In this document: piece after piece, positions 38,566 to 48,651 of the stretch
Position numbering within the stretch: the stretch's first letter is position 1
Layout: every line of letters begins with the position of its first letter
NCBI GenBank assembly: GCA_030753015.1
Contig: JASMDC010000007.1
Span: 32,001 to 96,000 of the forward strand
Length of the DNA: 64,000 nt
Direction: 5' to 3'
From: Candidatus Undinarchaeales archaeon
Lineage (GTDB): Archaea; SpSt-1190; JASMDC01
Translations under genes and position numbers: made by a program
The notes under the pieces: model-generated
What the model saw: the letters and a program-made list of their open reading frames with translations, nothing else
What the model was told of the DNA's origin: nothing
Databases searched by the model: none

Positions 38566-39806
38566 GACGGGGGACTGGAAACGCACAATCCGAGCGTTTG
38601 TTAGTACGTCTCTTAAAGAGAGTGAACGAGGATGAGAAGGGCATACAAGTTCAGGCTGTATCCGAACAGGGAGCAGACTGGCCGTCTGGAGCGGACGCTG
38701 GAAACGTGCCGTATCCTCTACAACGAACTCCTTGCAGAGAGAAAGGTGACTTACGAGGTGACGGGGGGTGGGATTAGTTACTTCGAGCAAAAACGCAATC
38801 TAGTCAAGATGAAGAAGGTGAACGATCATCTGGCACAGGTTAACGCACAGGTGTTGCAGGACGTCACCCGTCGTATCAAGAGATCGTTCGACGCATTCTT
38901 CCGCAGGATCAGGGACGGGAAAAAACCGGGGTATCCGAGGTTCAAAGGGAGGGGGCGGTACAAGTCCTTCACCTACCCCCAGCATGTGAAGAGTTTCAAG
39001 ATCAAGAGCGGGCGGCTTTCCCTCTCGAAGATAGGCGAGGTGCGTATGTTCCAGCATCGTCCCATCGAGGGAGTCATCAAGATGTGCACGCTTAAGCGGG
39101 ACGACATCGGCGACTGGTCAGTCATCATCGTATCAGAGCTGAAGGACACTCCGAAGATAGCCATCGAAGAGACGATCGGCGTTGACGTCGGGCTGAAGAA
39201 CCTGGCTGTCGCTTCTGACGGATTGATCCTCGAGCCTCCCACATGCCTCCGTGGCTCGGAGAAGAAGCTCGCGAAGCTCCAACGGCGGCTGAGCCGGAAG
39301 ACGAAGGGAAGCAAGAACCGAGAGAAGGCACGGGCCAAAGTGGCTAGACACCATCGGAAGATCGCAAGACAGAGACGAGACCATCTGCACAAGGCCTCAC
39401 GCTGCCTTGTCGATTCTGCTGATCGCATTGTCTTTGAGAACCTTAATATCAACGGGATGCTCACAAACCATCATCTTTCCAAGTCGATAGCAGACGCGTC
39501 CTGGGGGACGCTCATCCAGTTTACGATGTGCAAGGCTGAGAGTGCCGGCAAGTCGGTCGAACTGGTACCCCCCAGGAACACGTCACAGCTATGTTCACAA
39601 TGCGGCGCGTTCGTAAGGAAGTCCCTGTCCATGAGGACGCACAGATGTCCCGAGTGCGGGCTCGTGATGGACAGGGATCTGAATGCCGCCATCAATATAC
39701 GGGACAAGTTCACCCTCGGGCAGAGGGGTAGGGCCTGTGGAGCCGTCTCCGTTGGGAGGGGCGATGAAGCAGGAAGCTCACCGAATTATCGGTGAGAGGA
39801 TGTCAC
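38566..39806 (+). mobile_element. IS200/IS605-family (IS1341-like, tnpB only) element
   Basis: tnpB plus right-end hairpin GAAG-CTCACCGA/TCGGTGAG ending in TCAC at 39806. Left end inferred after TTAA 38562-38565. Confidence 0.75.
38632..39795 (+). CDS. tnpB: TnpB RNA-guided endonuclease
   Basis: AYKFRLYP HTH, RuvC GVDVG / FENL / DRDLNAA all intact, CSQC..CPEC zinc finger. Confidence 0.96.
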   Translation: MRRAYKFRLYPNREQTGRLERTLETCRILYNELLAERKVTYEVTGGGISYFEQKRNLVKMKKVNDHLAQVNAQVLQDVTRRIKRSFDAFFRRIRDGKKPGYPRFKGRGRYKSFTYPQHVKSFKIKSGRLSLSKIGEVRMFQHRPIEGVIKMCTLKRDDIGDWSVIIVSELKDTPKIAIEETIGVDVGLKNLAVASDGLILEPPTCLRGSEKKLAKLQRRLSRKTKGSKNREKARAKVARHHRKIARQRRDHLHKASRCLVDSADRIVFENLNINGMLTNHHLSKSIADASWGTLIQFTMCKAESAGKSVELVPPRNTSQLCSQCGAFVRKSLSMRTHRCPECGLVMDRDLNAAINIRDKFTLGQRGRACGAVSVGRGDEAGSSPNYR

Positions 39807-42800
39807 GTAACGACCCGCAACGAGTAGGTGATGGGGCTGGTGGCCGTCATGTCGAAGGTGATGACACCGCTCTCCTCCTCGCGGTCGGCATTCCAGAGGC
39901 CGTTCTGCCACTCGACGGTCAGGCCATGGACCTCCACATGGGCCCTGTAGCGTCGCGCCGGAGCGATGGCCCGCTTGAGCTCGTCAGGCGTGGTCTCCAG
40001 GGTTGCCTGGCCGTACCCGAGGGACGCGGTCTTCTCACGGGCTTCGATGGTGATGGTGTCCTTGTACCCCAGGGGCGTTGCGAGCACCGCTTCGCCGTTG
40101 TCGAAGGACACGCCGCTCGTAGCGATCGTGGTCCTCGAGCCCAGGTCGAAGGGCAGCCGCTCCACGGACTTCCGACCGATGTTCTGGTAGGTGATCGTCC
40201 AGGTGCGGGTCCGCTTCAGGTCGCGCTTCAGGATGTCCTTGATGGCGACGTCCGTGATGGTGACCGGCCTCGCCCGCAGGGTGGCGGTGATGCCTACCAT
40301 GTCGCTAAAGCACTGGTCGTCGTTGAGCGTCTCCTCACCCTCGCCGTACGCGCAGGTCTCGCTCCACTGGGCCCAGTCAGGGTTCCACTCGTTCTCCCGT
40401 GTACTTGCGGTGGCGAAGCTCGTCCGGTTGAGGGACATGCCGTTGGCCAGGGTGAGCTGGACGTTGTAGGAGCGGAAGAACTCCGGTGTGGAGAAGCCCG
40501 TCTTGATGGTCGTCTCGAGATCGGTTAGCTGGGTCTCGCCCTTCAGCTCGACGTACACGGAACGCTCCTCGCCGATGAACACCGGTGTCTTGAACGACAC
40601 GGTGATGATGGAGCCACCGTTGGGGGCTGAATAGGTGCTCTCGGTGTAGTCCTCACGATTCTGGGGGATGAGGGTCAGCCCGGACTGGTCGATGACAAAG
40701 GACATGGCCTCCACGGGTGTCTCCTGACGGTTGACCATGGACAGGTCCATGGTGTACGTCAGGGCGACGGTCTCGTCCTCGGGCGCGCCCACATTGATGG
40801 AGAGGCTGGGCCTGACGAAGAGCTCACGCTCCGTGATGTCCACATGCGTCATCGCGGTGGCGGGCGCGTCGGGTAGAACGGCCGCGAGCACCAGGCCCGC
40901 GACAAGGCACACCAGTATCATGGCGTTCAGTCCGGCACCGCCGCCGCCCTTGCCGCTGCGGAACATCGACATGGCGAAGAGGGCAGCGATGACGAATGCG
41001 ACGGCCAGCAGTGTCTTGAGCTGGGGTATGCCGTCCGGGCCCGGCGGGACGCCGGACGCCTCGTCGAGCATGCCGTTGATCTCCTGGATGAGCGACTTCG
41101 CCTTGTCGTGGTCGCCGGCCTTCACAGCAGCATCGAGCATCCTGCTCAGGTCCGAGATACGGGAGCGGACCTCGGAATCCTCGATGCTCGCGGCCTCGCT
41201 GTCGATGGTGGCCATGGCGTTCCGGTAGTAGGCCTCCCGGGCAGCGGGGTTCTCGGGGATGTCCACTGTCGGCCGCGGTGTGGCGGCAGCGGTGGGCTTC
41301 GGTGTGGCATCGGTCGTCGGACCGGGCGTGGTCACGGGCCTGGCCGTCGGCTGCGGATCCTCGACGACGACGCCTTCTGCGTAGGGCAGCTCCACAACGT
41401 GCACAGGTTCCGGCTCGGGGGCATCCTGGCCGATGGATAGCACGACCTCGTCAGCGAAGCCCTCGTTCTCGGGCGTGAACTGCGGATAGGCACGTGTTCC
41501 GGCGGCCTGTACACGGCCCTCGGAAGTGGCGGCCAGCTCGTACCACAGGCCCACGTCGCTGGTGTGGTCGAGGAACCATACGATCTTGTCGGCCTTGACT
41601 ATGACCTTGCGCACCGACCCGCCCTCGTCGGCGTACCCGGTCACGGTGAAACCGGGCGGGATTGGCTCCTCCACTACAACGAAGTGCTGGTGGACGCCCG
41701 AGGTGACGGTGATGGATACATTGACGTTGTCCCCGGGATCAGGGACGGTGGTGTCGTAGGTGCGGAGCACGACGATGTCCTCGCCGCGGACCAGCACGAC
41801 ACCCACCGGTTCGGACGACACCATACCATCATCAGTGAACGCGACGGCGGCGTCGAGCTTGTACTTCCCGGGCTCGCCGTAGAGCTCGTAGGTGACCGAG
41901 GTGCTGCCCCGGGCAGCGAGGTCCACGGGCCAGTGCAGCGCGAGGTCGGGATCCTTGTCCTCTGATCCGGCCGCGGTCAGTCCTGCGGGCACGAAGTCGT
42001 AGAGGTCGCCTGTCACGGGATCGTTCCCGGTATTGTGGACCACGAGGGTCACGTGCACCCGGTCCCTGCCGGCGGTGGCGAAGGAGGCGCTCTTGGATAC
42101 GGTGAGCGCCGGGCCCGTACCGGCTGGCTGGGTGTCGGTGAGCACCGGGAGCTCCCAACTCTCGAACTGTTTTCCGCCGACCTTGGTACCGCGGGCCAGG
42201 CCGTACTCGGCCTTGGCCGTCCCCAGCTCCAGCCGGTCGACGGCGCGGTCGGTGACGTAGTAGAGCTCGAAGGTCCGCGGCTCGGGAAGGCTGTCAACGT
42301 AGAGCCGGCGCGTGGGCCGCACCTCGACGCCGTCGGGCACGGGCAGCTCGATGCTGATGCGCGCGGGCACCGCCACGTCGGCGTGGGGGGTGAGGGTCAT
42401 CTTAACAGGGTACACACCCGGTGAGGCGGGCTCGCCCACCTCGAACGCAGCGGTCACGTTTCCGCCCAGAGTGGCCGTGGACCACACGTCGTAGAACAGC
42501 TTACCCTTCCCGCGACGCACGATACGGATGGTGTTCTCGCCATGGCGCAGGTAGTCAGTGAGGCGCAGCTCGCCCGACATGCCCCAGATACCCTCGAGAT
42601 GGACCGAGTCGATCCGCTCGCCGTTCACGTACAGCTCGACGTTCATATCGGGGATGACCGGGGGTTCGATCTCCAGCAGCCGCAGGTGAGCGGCCAGGGA
42701 GGCGATCTGGTCGGCAGTGGTGGTGAACTCCCAGGGATTGCGCTCGCGCAGCCACTTCAGCGCGGCCTTCGCGGTGTCGCGGTAGGCGGGCTGCTCCAGA

Positions 42801-45800
42801 AGCGCCATCGCTGCCTGCGCTGTGGTCTCGTCGGGCCCGCCCAGCGAATACCCGCGGCTCCAAAAGATATAGGGATCGTCCTCCTTGAGCAGGGAGAGCA
42901 GCTTGTTCACAACAGCCCGCTCGTCGCCCTGGGCGTCGCGTGTGTGCGAGAGCAGTCGGGCGTACAGAGCGATTGTGTAGGGATCTGTGATCTCGCCAGC
43001 GATCCACTTCTGGTGCAGGAAGTTCATACCCTCGCCGGGGACGGACTGGCCCGCCTCGGCCAGGGAGATGAGCACATAGGCCGTCATCCCGGCATCGTTG
43101 CCGGTGAGCCACTGGGTGCCATTGTAGGAGCCGTCGCCGTTGGCGTGGTTGGTCAGCCAGTTCACGGCGCCGTAGACCATCGAATCGTCCACGAGCACGT
43201 GGCGCTTGGCAGTGGAGAGCGCCCGGAGGGCGTAGGCGGTCATGTACGTGGTCGAAGGGCCCTTCTTCCACCAGCCCCAGCCGCCGTCGGCGTGGCGCAT
43301 GAACACAAGCTCAAGGGCAAGGCCACGGACCCGCTCCTTGAACCAGCGGTCGCTGGTGATGAGCTTGAGCTTGGCGCGGTACTCGTGGGAGAGTACCGTG
43401 GGGATGATCTTGGATGCGGTGACCTCGGTGGTCGGATAGGAGTACCCGTCCACCCGGGCCGAGCCGGTATAGATGGACAGCGACTCGGAGCCGAACCGGG
43501 CGTACCCGCGCACGGAGATGTCGTAGGCCTCCTTGGGCACGTTGATGGTGAACGTCACCTCCTTCTTGTCGGTGTCACCGGACACGGTCTCCTCCCAGGG
43601 CACACCGTTGGGTCGGACCCAGATGCGGTTCTGGACACCATCGGTGAGCTCGGTCCCGTCGGAAGTGGAGGCAGTGGCGAAGAAGGTGAGGTTCTGGTAG
43701 AAGGGCGTGCGGGCCCGCAGGCGCCAGGAGACGGACTGCGGGATGTCCTTGTGGAGGGTGAATGTGGCGGCGTTGGGAGTGAACAGGTCGAACCACTCCT
43801 CCTCCTTGAGACCGGCGAGCGCGTCGAGGTCGCCATCCAGGTAGCTGTGCACGGTCATCTGCATGGTCGTATTGTCGCCCTGTGTGAGCGAGGCGGGGAA
43901 GTAGGGCTTGATGAAGAACTCCTTTTGCGAGACGAAATCAGTGGCGTTCTCCGCGTACCGCGCGTCCATGGTGGACGCGTACACGGCCGCCTTCCAGGTG
44001 GTGAGCGAGTCGGGGACCATCACGGTGGTGGTGAATGTGCCGTCCTCACCGGTGAGGGCGAACGGCTCCCACAGGAATGTCTCGGGGAACATGGTGCGCA
44101 TCTGCACCGTCGCCAGCACATCCGCGGTCTCGCCGGCGCTCAGGGACATGGCCTTGGACTCCTTTGCCATCATCATGCCCTCGTCCGCCATGTCGGCGCT
44201 GGCGAAGCCCGCCTCCATCTCCATGGCGGGGGCGGCCCTCGGTGCCCCGGGCAGGGCCATACTGCCGCCTGCCAGCGCGCGTCCCTTGTTGCGCTGCATG
44301 TAATCGCCGCGGTCCCAGTTGACGCGGGCGGGATTGGCGCTGCTCGACTCCAGCTTTGTGGGGTCGTTGACGGGTGTACCGTACATCCGTCGCATGTTCA
44401 TGTTGCTCTGGAAGTTGGCGTTCGAGGTGATGGACCAGGAGCGGGAGAGTGGCCGCGACACGACGTCACCGCGCTCGGACGCATCGATGACCGACTGGTC
44501 GACGACCTTCACGCCCACGGCAGCGTTCGGTACGGGCCGGCCCTCCTTGTCGGTGACCGTTACTGTGAGGGTGAGCTCGTCGCGGGGCTCGTACACCTCG
44601 CGGTCGACGCTGATGGTGGTCCTCAGCCCCTTGAGCTTGAGTCGGGCCTGGCCACCTAACGGGTACGTGATCCCGTTGGTGCCGACAGCGAACACGGCCA
44701 GTCCCACTCCACCGAGGTCGTCCTCGGTCGTTGGGATGCTCACCGTGAAGTTACCGCCGTCGCCCACATTGCGAACCACGGTCCGCAGGGGGATATTGCG
44801 CATGTAGTGGCGCTCTATGATGACGGCATCGGGAGCGAATCCCTCGAACTGATGGACGAACCGCGCCTCGTCACCCGGCTCCACCTCTTGGGTGAGGGTC
44901 CACAGCCGTGCGGTACGGATGGTGCCGAGCACTACCGGGCGCTGGACGGTCAGGGTGAGCCCCCGGTCGTACCCTGTCTCCTCGTTGAAGCCGATGGTGG
45001 CCGTGGCGGATATCGCGTAGAGGCCCTCGGGATGATGGGGGACGGGGACGCCGATGGTCTCGGTCCCGTCGGAGGACGTTTGTATATGGATGCCGACCGA
45101 CTGCCCTGCCATGGGGCCGTTGAACGACCAGCGCATGTCATCGTCCTTGACCGGCTCACCGGTGAGGGCGTCGGTGAGCGTGAGCTCGGCAACGACCTTC
45201 TCCCCCTCAAGCCGTGGTGTAAGGGTGAGCTCGTACTTGCCCGAGACGGCCTGGCCGAACGCGCCCCAGGCGCGCCCGTACCGGTCCACGACTCCCAGCT
45301 CGCCCTCAAGGTACATGTACTTCAGGGCGACATCACGGGACACTGTGAAGTCCTGCTCGACCTTCGAACCGGTGGTGGGATCGAGTGTGAGGTCGGTGAT
45401 CTCCTCGGGCTTACCGTCAGGGGGGACGCCCGTGAGATCCATCGTCATTGATCGGAGGTTCGACGCGTCAGTGCCCTTGCTCGTAGCCGTCAGATGGAGC
45501 GTCTCGTTCCCCGGGTAGTAGGTCATGGCGACGCTCACGGTCACCTCGGGAGCGAGCTTGGCGCTCTTGGAGAGGTCCACGGTACGGCCCGCGGGATCGG
45601 TGATATGGGCCTCGACCACGATGTGGGTGCCTTTCAGCTCCTCCAGCGGTACCTCGAAGGAGCCCACGCCGTCGGTGTCGGTGGTGAGGTTGATGCGCTT
45701 GTAGACCTGGAGCTTGACAAGGTCCGGGCCGCCGCCCCGGGGCGACACCATCCCGGGGTAGGCCATCTCCTTGGCCATCATGGGCTCGTAGTAGTCCATC

Positions 45801-47305
45801 TCCCCCCCGTAGTACATGGGCTCGTCGTAGTACACGCGCCCTCCGTAGTAGCCGCTTCCCGGCTCGCGAGCGGCCCACCATACGGTGAGCTCCACGTCGC
45901 TGTTGGAGGCCGGTTTGCCGAAGTAGTAGCGCAGGGAGACATTGCCCTTGACCACGTCGCCATGATCGTAGCCCTCGTTCTCCTTGTCCAGCTCCATCTC
46001 GCTGATCAGCTGCTTCTTCTCGAAGAACTTCACCTCGATCTGCTGTCCTCTGCCCCCGTCCACATTGAACCAGTAGGTCTCCTCGTCGATGTTCATGGGG
46101 AGGGTGACCTGGCCGTCGTAGATGCCGTACTCGTTGCTGGTCAGGGTCTCTTCGAGGATGGTGAACCCCCGGTTGCTGCGGAGCGTGACCTTGATCTTCT
46201 GGGAGACGGGGAGCACGCGCTCGCCCGTCCACTTCCAGGAGTAGCCCCGGAAGAACACTGTCTGGCCCGGATTGTAGATGGGCCGGTCGGTGGCGAAAGC
46301 GATGTCGGTCCAGGACGAGGATGAACAGGATGAGTAGGTGCCCAACTTGTAGCTCCCGTTCCTACCGTCGGGAAGCGTATAGATGATGGTGGTCTGGTCG
46401 GAGGAGACCGAGCCCTTGGGGAAGAGCACGTGTCCGGCCGTGTTGGTCGTGAGCGTGACGCCGTTGACGGTGACAGAGGCGCCCTGGACCGGTTTCATGG
46501 TGGCCGGGTCAAGTAGCACCACAACGAACACATTGCACCGGTCGGGTGTGGGGACGAGCACGATCGCGGGAGCAACGGTGAGGCTCGTGGCCTGGGTGCG
46601 CCTGCCCTCGCCAGGGAATATGTCAGCGACGACGTGATAAGAGCCGGGGGAGAGGTTCACTGACGGTACGTAGGTCCCTTCCTCCACCCAGGTGAACTCC
46701 TCGAACACCTTTTCGGTGTCGGTGTACACGCGCACGATCATCACACCACGGTAGGCGCCGAAACGGTGGACGGCGGTGACCGGGAGCGGTGTGTCGATGC
46801 CGGACGGGAGCACGGACGAGCGGGGAGAGATGATGATGGCCGCATCGTTGGCGTAGGGATGCTGGGATATGTACGCTTCCTTCTCGTACAGACCGCGGTT
46901 GTATCGGCGGCCGACCTGGCGTCGCACATCAAAGGAGACCGCCTTCATATAATCGCCCATCAGGGCCGTCATGGTCCAGCTGCCGAACCACGGGTCCTCG
47001 TAGTTGGGCGGGGTTCCCATGGGTATCTCGTAGGTGTAGGAAGCAGTGGGTCCCGAGGGCGTGATGGTCCGCTTGTCCATCACCTGGCCTCGCGGGTCAG
47101 TGAGCTGGATGATGGTTGACTCACCGGTCACGAGCCCGGAATCATCGAAGTAGGCGAGCTTGACCTCCATGGTCTCGCCAGGCTCATAATAGCGCTGGAC
47201 AACCAGGGGCAGCACCTTGGTGCCGGCGCCCTGGGCCAGAGCGAGCGCGATGATGGCGGTTACGAGCAGTACGATCGATAGTCTTCCTCGAACTCCCATA
47301 CTCAA
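39803..47305 (-). CDS. alpha-2-macroglobulin-like surface protein (thioester motif lost)
   Basis: Signal peptide, TDRPIYNPGQTV (MG2), VVDQSV, R..FPETFLW, PDSLTTW, DGGWGWW and EEPIPPGF. Two C-terminal TM helices. Confidence 0.88.
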   Translation of the reverse strand: MSMGVRGRLSIVLLVTAIIALALAQGAGTKVLPLVVQRYYEPGETMEVKLAYFDDSGLVTGESTIIQLTDPRGQVMDKRTITPSGPTASYTYEIPMGTPPNYEDPWFGSWTMTALMGDYMKAVSFDVRRQVGRRYNRGLYEKEAYISQHPYANDAAIIISPRSSVLPSGIDTPLPVTAVHRFGAYRGVMIVRVYTDTEKVFEEFTWVEEGTYVPSVNLSPGSYHVVADIFPGEGRRTQATSLTVAPAIVLVPTPDRCNVFVVVLLDPATMKPVQGASVTVNGVTLTTNTAGHVLFPKGSVSSDQTTIIYTLPDGRNGSYKLGTYSSCSSSSWTDIAFATDRPIYNPGQTVFFRGYSWKWTGERVLPVSQKIKVTLRSNRGFTILEETLTSNEYGIYDGQVTLPMNIDEETYWFNVDGGRGQQIEVKFFEKKQLISEMELDKENEGYDHGDVVKGNVSLRYYFGKPASNSDVELTVWWAAREPGSGYYGGRVYYDEPMYYGGEMDYYEPMMAKEMAYPGMVSPRGGGPDLVKLQVYKRINLTTDTDGVGSFEVPLEELKGTHIVVEAHITDPAGRTVDLSKSAKLAPEVTVSVAMTYYPGNETLHLTATSKGTDASNLRSMTMDLTGVPPDGKPEEITDLTLDPTTGSKVEQDFTVSRDVALKYMYLEGELGVVDRYGRAWGAFGQAVSGKYELTLTPRLEGEKVVAELTLTDALTGEPVKDDDMRWSFNGPMAGQSVGIHIQTSSDGTETIGVPVPHHPEGLYAISATATIGFNEETGYDRGLTLTVQRPVVLGTIRTARLWTLTQEVEPGDEARFVHQFEGFAPDAVIIERHYMRNIPLRTVVRNVGDGGNFTVSIPTTEDDLGGVGLAVFAVGTNGITYPLGGQARLKLKGLRTTISVDREVYEPRDELTLTVTVTDKEGRPVPNAAVGVKVVDQSVIDASERGDVVSRPLSRSWSITSNANFQSNMNMRRMYGTPVNDPTKLESSSANPARVNWDRGDYMQRNKGRALAGGSMALPGAPRAAPAMEMEAGFASADMADEGMMMAKESKAMSLSAGETADVLATVQMRTMFPETFLWEPFALTGEDGTFTTTVMVPDSLTTWKAAVYASTMDARYAENATDFVSQKEFFIKPYFPASLTQGDNTTMQMTVHSYLDGDLDALAGLKEEEWFDLFTPNAATFTLHKDIPQSVSWRLRARTPFYQNLTFFATASTSDGTELTDGVQNRIWVRPNGVPWEETVSGDTDKKEVTFTINVPKEAYDISVRGYARFGSESLSIYTGSARVDGYSYPTTEVTASKIIPTVLSHEYRAKLKLITSDRWFKERVRGLALELVFMRHADGGWGWWKKGPSTTYMTAYALRALSTAKRHVLVDDSMVYGAVNWLTNHANGDGSYNGTQWLTGNDAGMTAYVLISLAEAGQSVPGEGMNFLHQKWIAGEITDPYTIALYARLLSHTRDAQGDERAVVNKLLSLLKEDDPYIFWSRGYSLGGPDETTAQAAMALLEQPAYRDTAKAALKWLRERNPWEFTTTADQIASLAAHLRLLEIEPPVIPDMNVELYVNGERIDSVHLEGIWGMSGELRLTDYLRHGENTIRIVRRGKGKLFYDVWSTATLGGNVTAAFEVGEPASPGVYPVKMTLTPHADVAVPARISIELPVPDGVEVRPTRRLYVDSLPEPRTFELYYVTDRAVDRLELGTAKAEYGLARGTKVGGKQFESWELPVLTDTQPAGTGPALTVSKSASFATAGRDRVHVTLVVHNTGNDPVTGDLYDFVPAGLTAAGSEDKDPDLALHWPVDLAARGSTSVTYELYGEPGKYKLDAAVAFTDDGMVSSEPVGVVLVRGEDIVVLRTYDTTVPDPGDNVNVSITVTSGVHQHFVVVEEPIPPGFTVTGYADEGGSVRKVIVKADKIVWFLDHTSDVGLWYELAATSEGRVQAAGTRAYPQFTPENEGFADEVVLSIGQDAPEPEPVHVVELPYAEGVVVEDPQPTARPVTTPGPTTDATPKPTAAATPRPTVDIPENPAAREAYYRNAMATIDSEAASIEDSEVRSRISDLSRMLDAAVKAGDHDKAKSLIQEINGMLDEASGVPPGPDGIPQLKTLLAVAFVIAALFAMSMFRSGKGGGGAGLNAMILVCLVAGLVLAAVLPDAPATAMTHVDITERELFVRPSLSINVGAPEDETVALTYTMDLSMVNRQETPVEAMSFVIDQSGLTLIPQNREDYTESTYSAPNGGSIITVSFKTPVFIGEERSVYVELKGETQLTDLETTIKTGFSTPEFFRSYNVQLTLANGMSLNRTSFATASTRENEWNPDWAQWSETCAYGEGEETLNDDQCFSDMVGITATLRARPVTITDVAIKDILKRDLKRTRTWTITYQNIGRKSVERLPFDLGSRTTIATSGVSFDNGEAVLATPLGYKDTITIEAREKTASLGYGQATLETTPDELKRAIAPARRYRAHVEVHGLTVEWQNGLWNADREEESGVITFDMTATSPITYSLRVVT

Positions 47306-47421
47306 GGATGAGTCAAGCAGTTATTAAATATCTCGACGTTTTTTTAGGGTGTTTTCCCAACGGTCCCGCGGGCGTGGTGCCACGGTTATTCTTTTATTAG
47401 TACGGCATCTATTCCCGTCCC

Positions 47422-48651
47422 ATGAGAGGCAAGGTCGCTGTCATCGGTGCAGGACAGGGCGGCATCACGTTCTCCCTCCTCTGGATCCTCAACAAGGTCG
47501 TACCGACCAAGAATCTCACACTCTTCGAGTCCCCTGCCGGTGGGCTCAAGAAGCGCCTCGATGTATTGCAGCAGGCAGAATCGTGGACATTCAAGATCGC
47601 GAACCCGAAGGACGCTGCCAAGATCAAGAGCACCCATGAGATCACAACGCTGCCCAAGGTCACCAACGACATCGCTGAGGCGGTCACCGATGCAGATTAC
47701 ATCCACATACTCACGCCCGCCCATCACCACCGGAGTCTGGTCAGTAGCCTTGCGCCCCACATCGATCGGGAAGGGGCTTACCTCATCATCCACTCGGACG
47801 GCGTGGGCGGCACACTCTGCGCACGGAAGATCCTGCACGAGGACACCGGCTCGAAGCGCCAGCAGAAGGTCCGCAGGTCAGTGCAGATCCTGGGCACTGA
47901 GACGCTGGGTATCACTTGCAAAGCATTCGTGAACATCGAGGAGGGAACGGTCACCTCCCTGCTCAAACGCCAGAAGAACAACCTGCTCGCGACCGGGGTC
48001 CCAATTAGGCCCATGGAGAAGAACATGGCGAAAGTGCAGCCGTTCTTCCTGCCGACGAAGCTGCAGCCCTGCAACGATCCTCTGGAGGAGGGTGTTCACG
48101 ACTCGCCCGCTTTCCATGCTCTGGGCATGCTCGGCAACGTGAGCAAGATCATGGCCGTCGCCAGGGGCGATCGGAACCCATTCAACTTCTACCTCAGTTT
48201 CACCAAGAAGATGACGGAACGGATGGAGCGCTTCGACAAGGAAAGGGCCCGGATCTCGGTCAACCTGGGCATGGAGCCTGCAAAGTCGTGCCGCACCTTC
48301 CTTAACGGGGCGTACGACATCGCCCTCACCGACAAGAAGGGCAGACGCCGTTCGCTCCACGAGATGCTCAATGATCGTAAGACCCCGTACTACGGGGGTC
48401 CCGAGGTGTCGCCTGCGCCCAGTATCCTGACCCACCGGTACCTCACCGAGGAGCTCCCCACCAGGGTCGTTCCCATGTGGTCGCTGGGCAAGGCGCTTGA
48501 TATGGACGTGCCCGTCCACCAGAGCGTCATCGACGAGGTGATCGCCCTCGGTATGGAGCGCATCGTCAAGGAAGGCAGGACGCTCGCTGCCATGGGGATA
48601 TCGCGATCCGGGGTGCGGAAGTGGAAGGAAACGGTCAAGCAGTTCTACTAG
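47422..48651 (+). CDS. NAD(P)-dependent opine (octopine/nopaline) dehydrogenase family
   Basis: KVAVIGAGQGG Rossmann motif, F.FY, D.ER..I, HRYLTEE.P and GRTL..MG. Confidence 0.8.
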   Translation: MRGKVAVIGAGQGGITFSLLWILNKVVPTKNLTLFESPAGGLKKRLDVLQQAESWTFKIANPKDAAKIKSTHEITTLPKVTNDIAEAVTDADYIHILTPAHHHRSLVSSLAPHIDREGAYLIIHSDGVGGTLCARKILHEDTGSKRQQKVRRSVQILGTETLGITCKAFVNIEEGTVTSLLKRQKNNLLATGVPIRPMEKNMAKVQPFFLPTKLQPCNDPLEEGVHDSPAFHALGMLGNVSKIMAVARGDRNPFNFYLSFTKKMTERMERFDKERARISVNLGMEPAKSCRTFLNGAYDIALTDKKGRRRSLHEMLNDRKTPYYGGPEVSPAPSILTHRYLTEELPTRVVPMWSLGKALDMDVPVHQSVIDEVIALGMERIVKEGRTLAAMGISRSGVRKWKETVKQFY

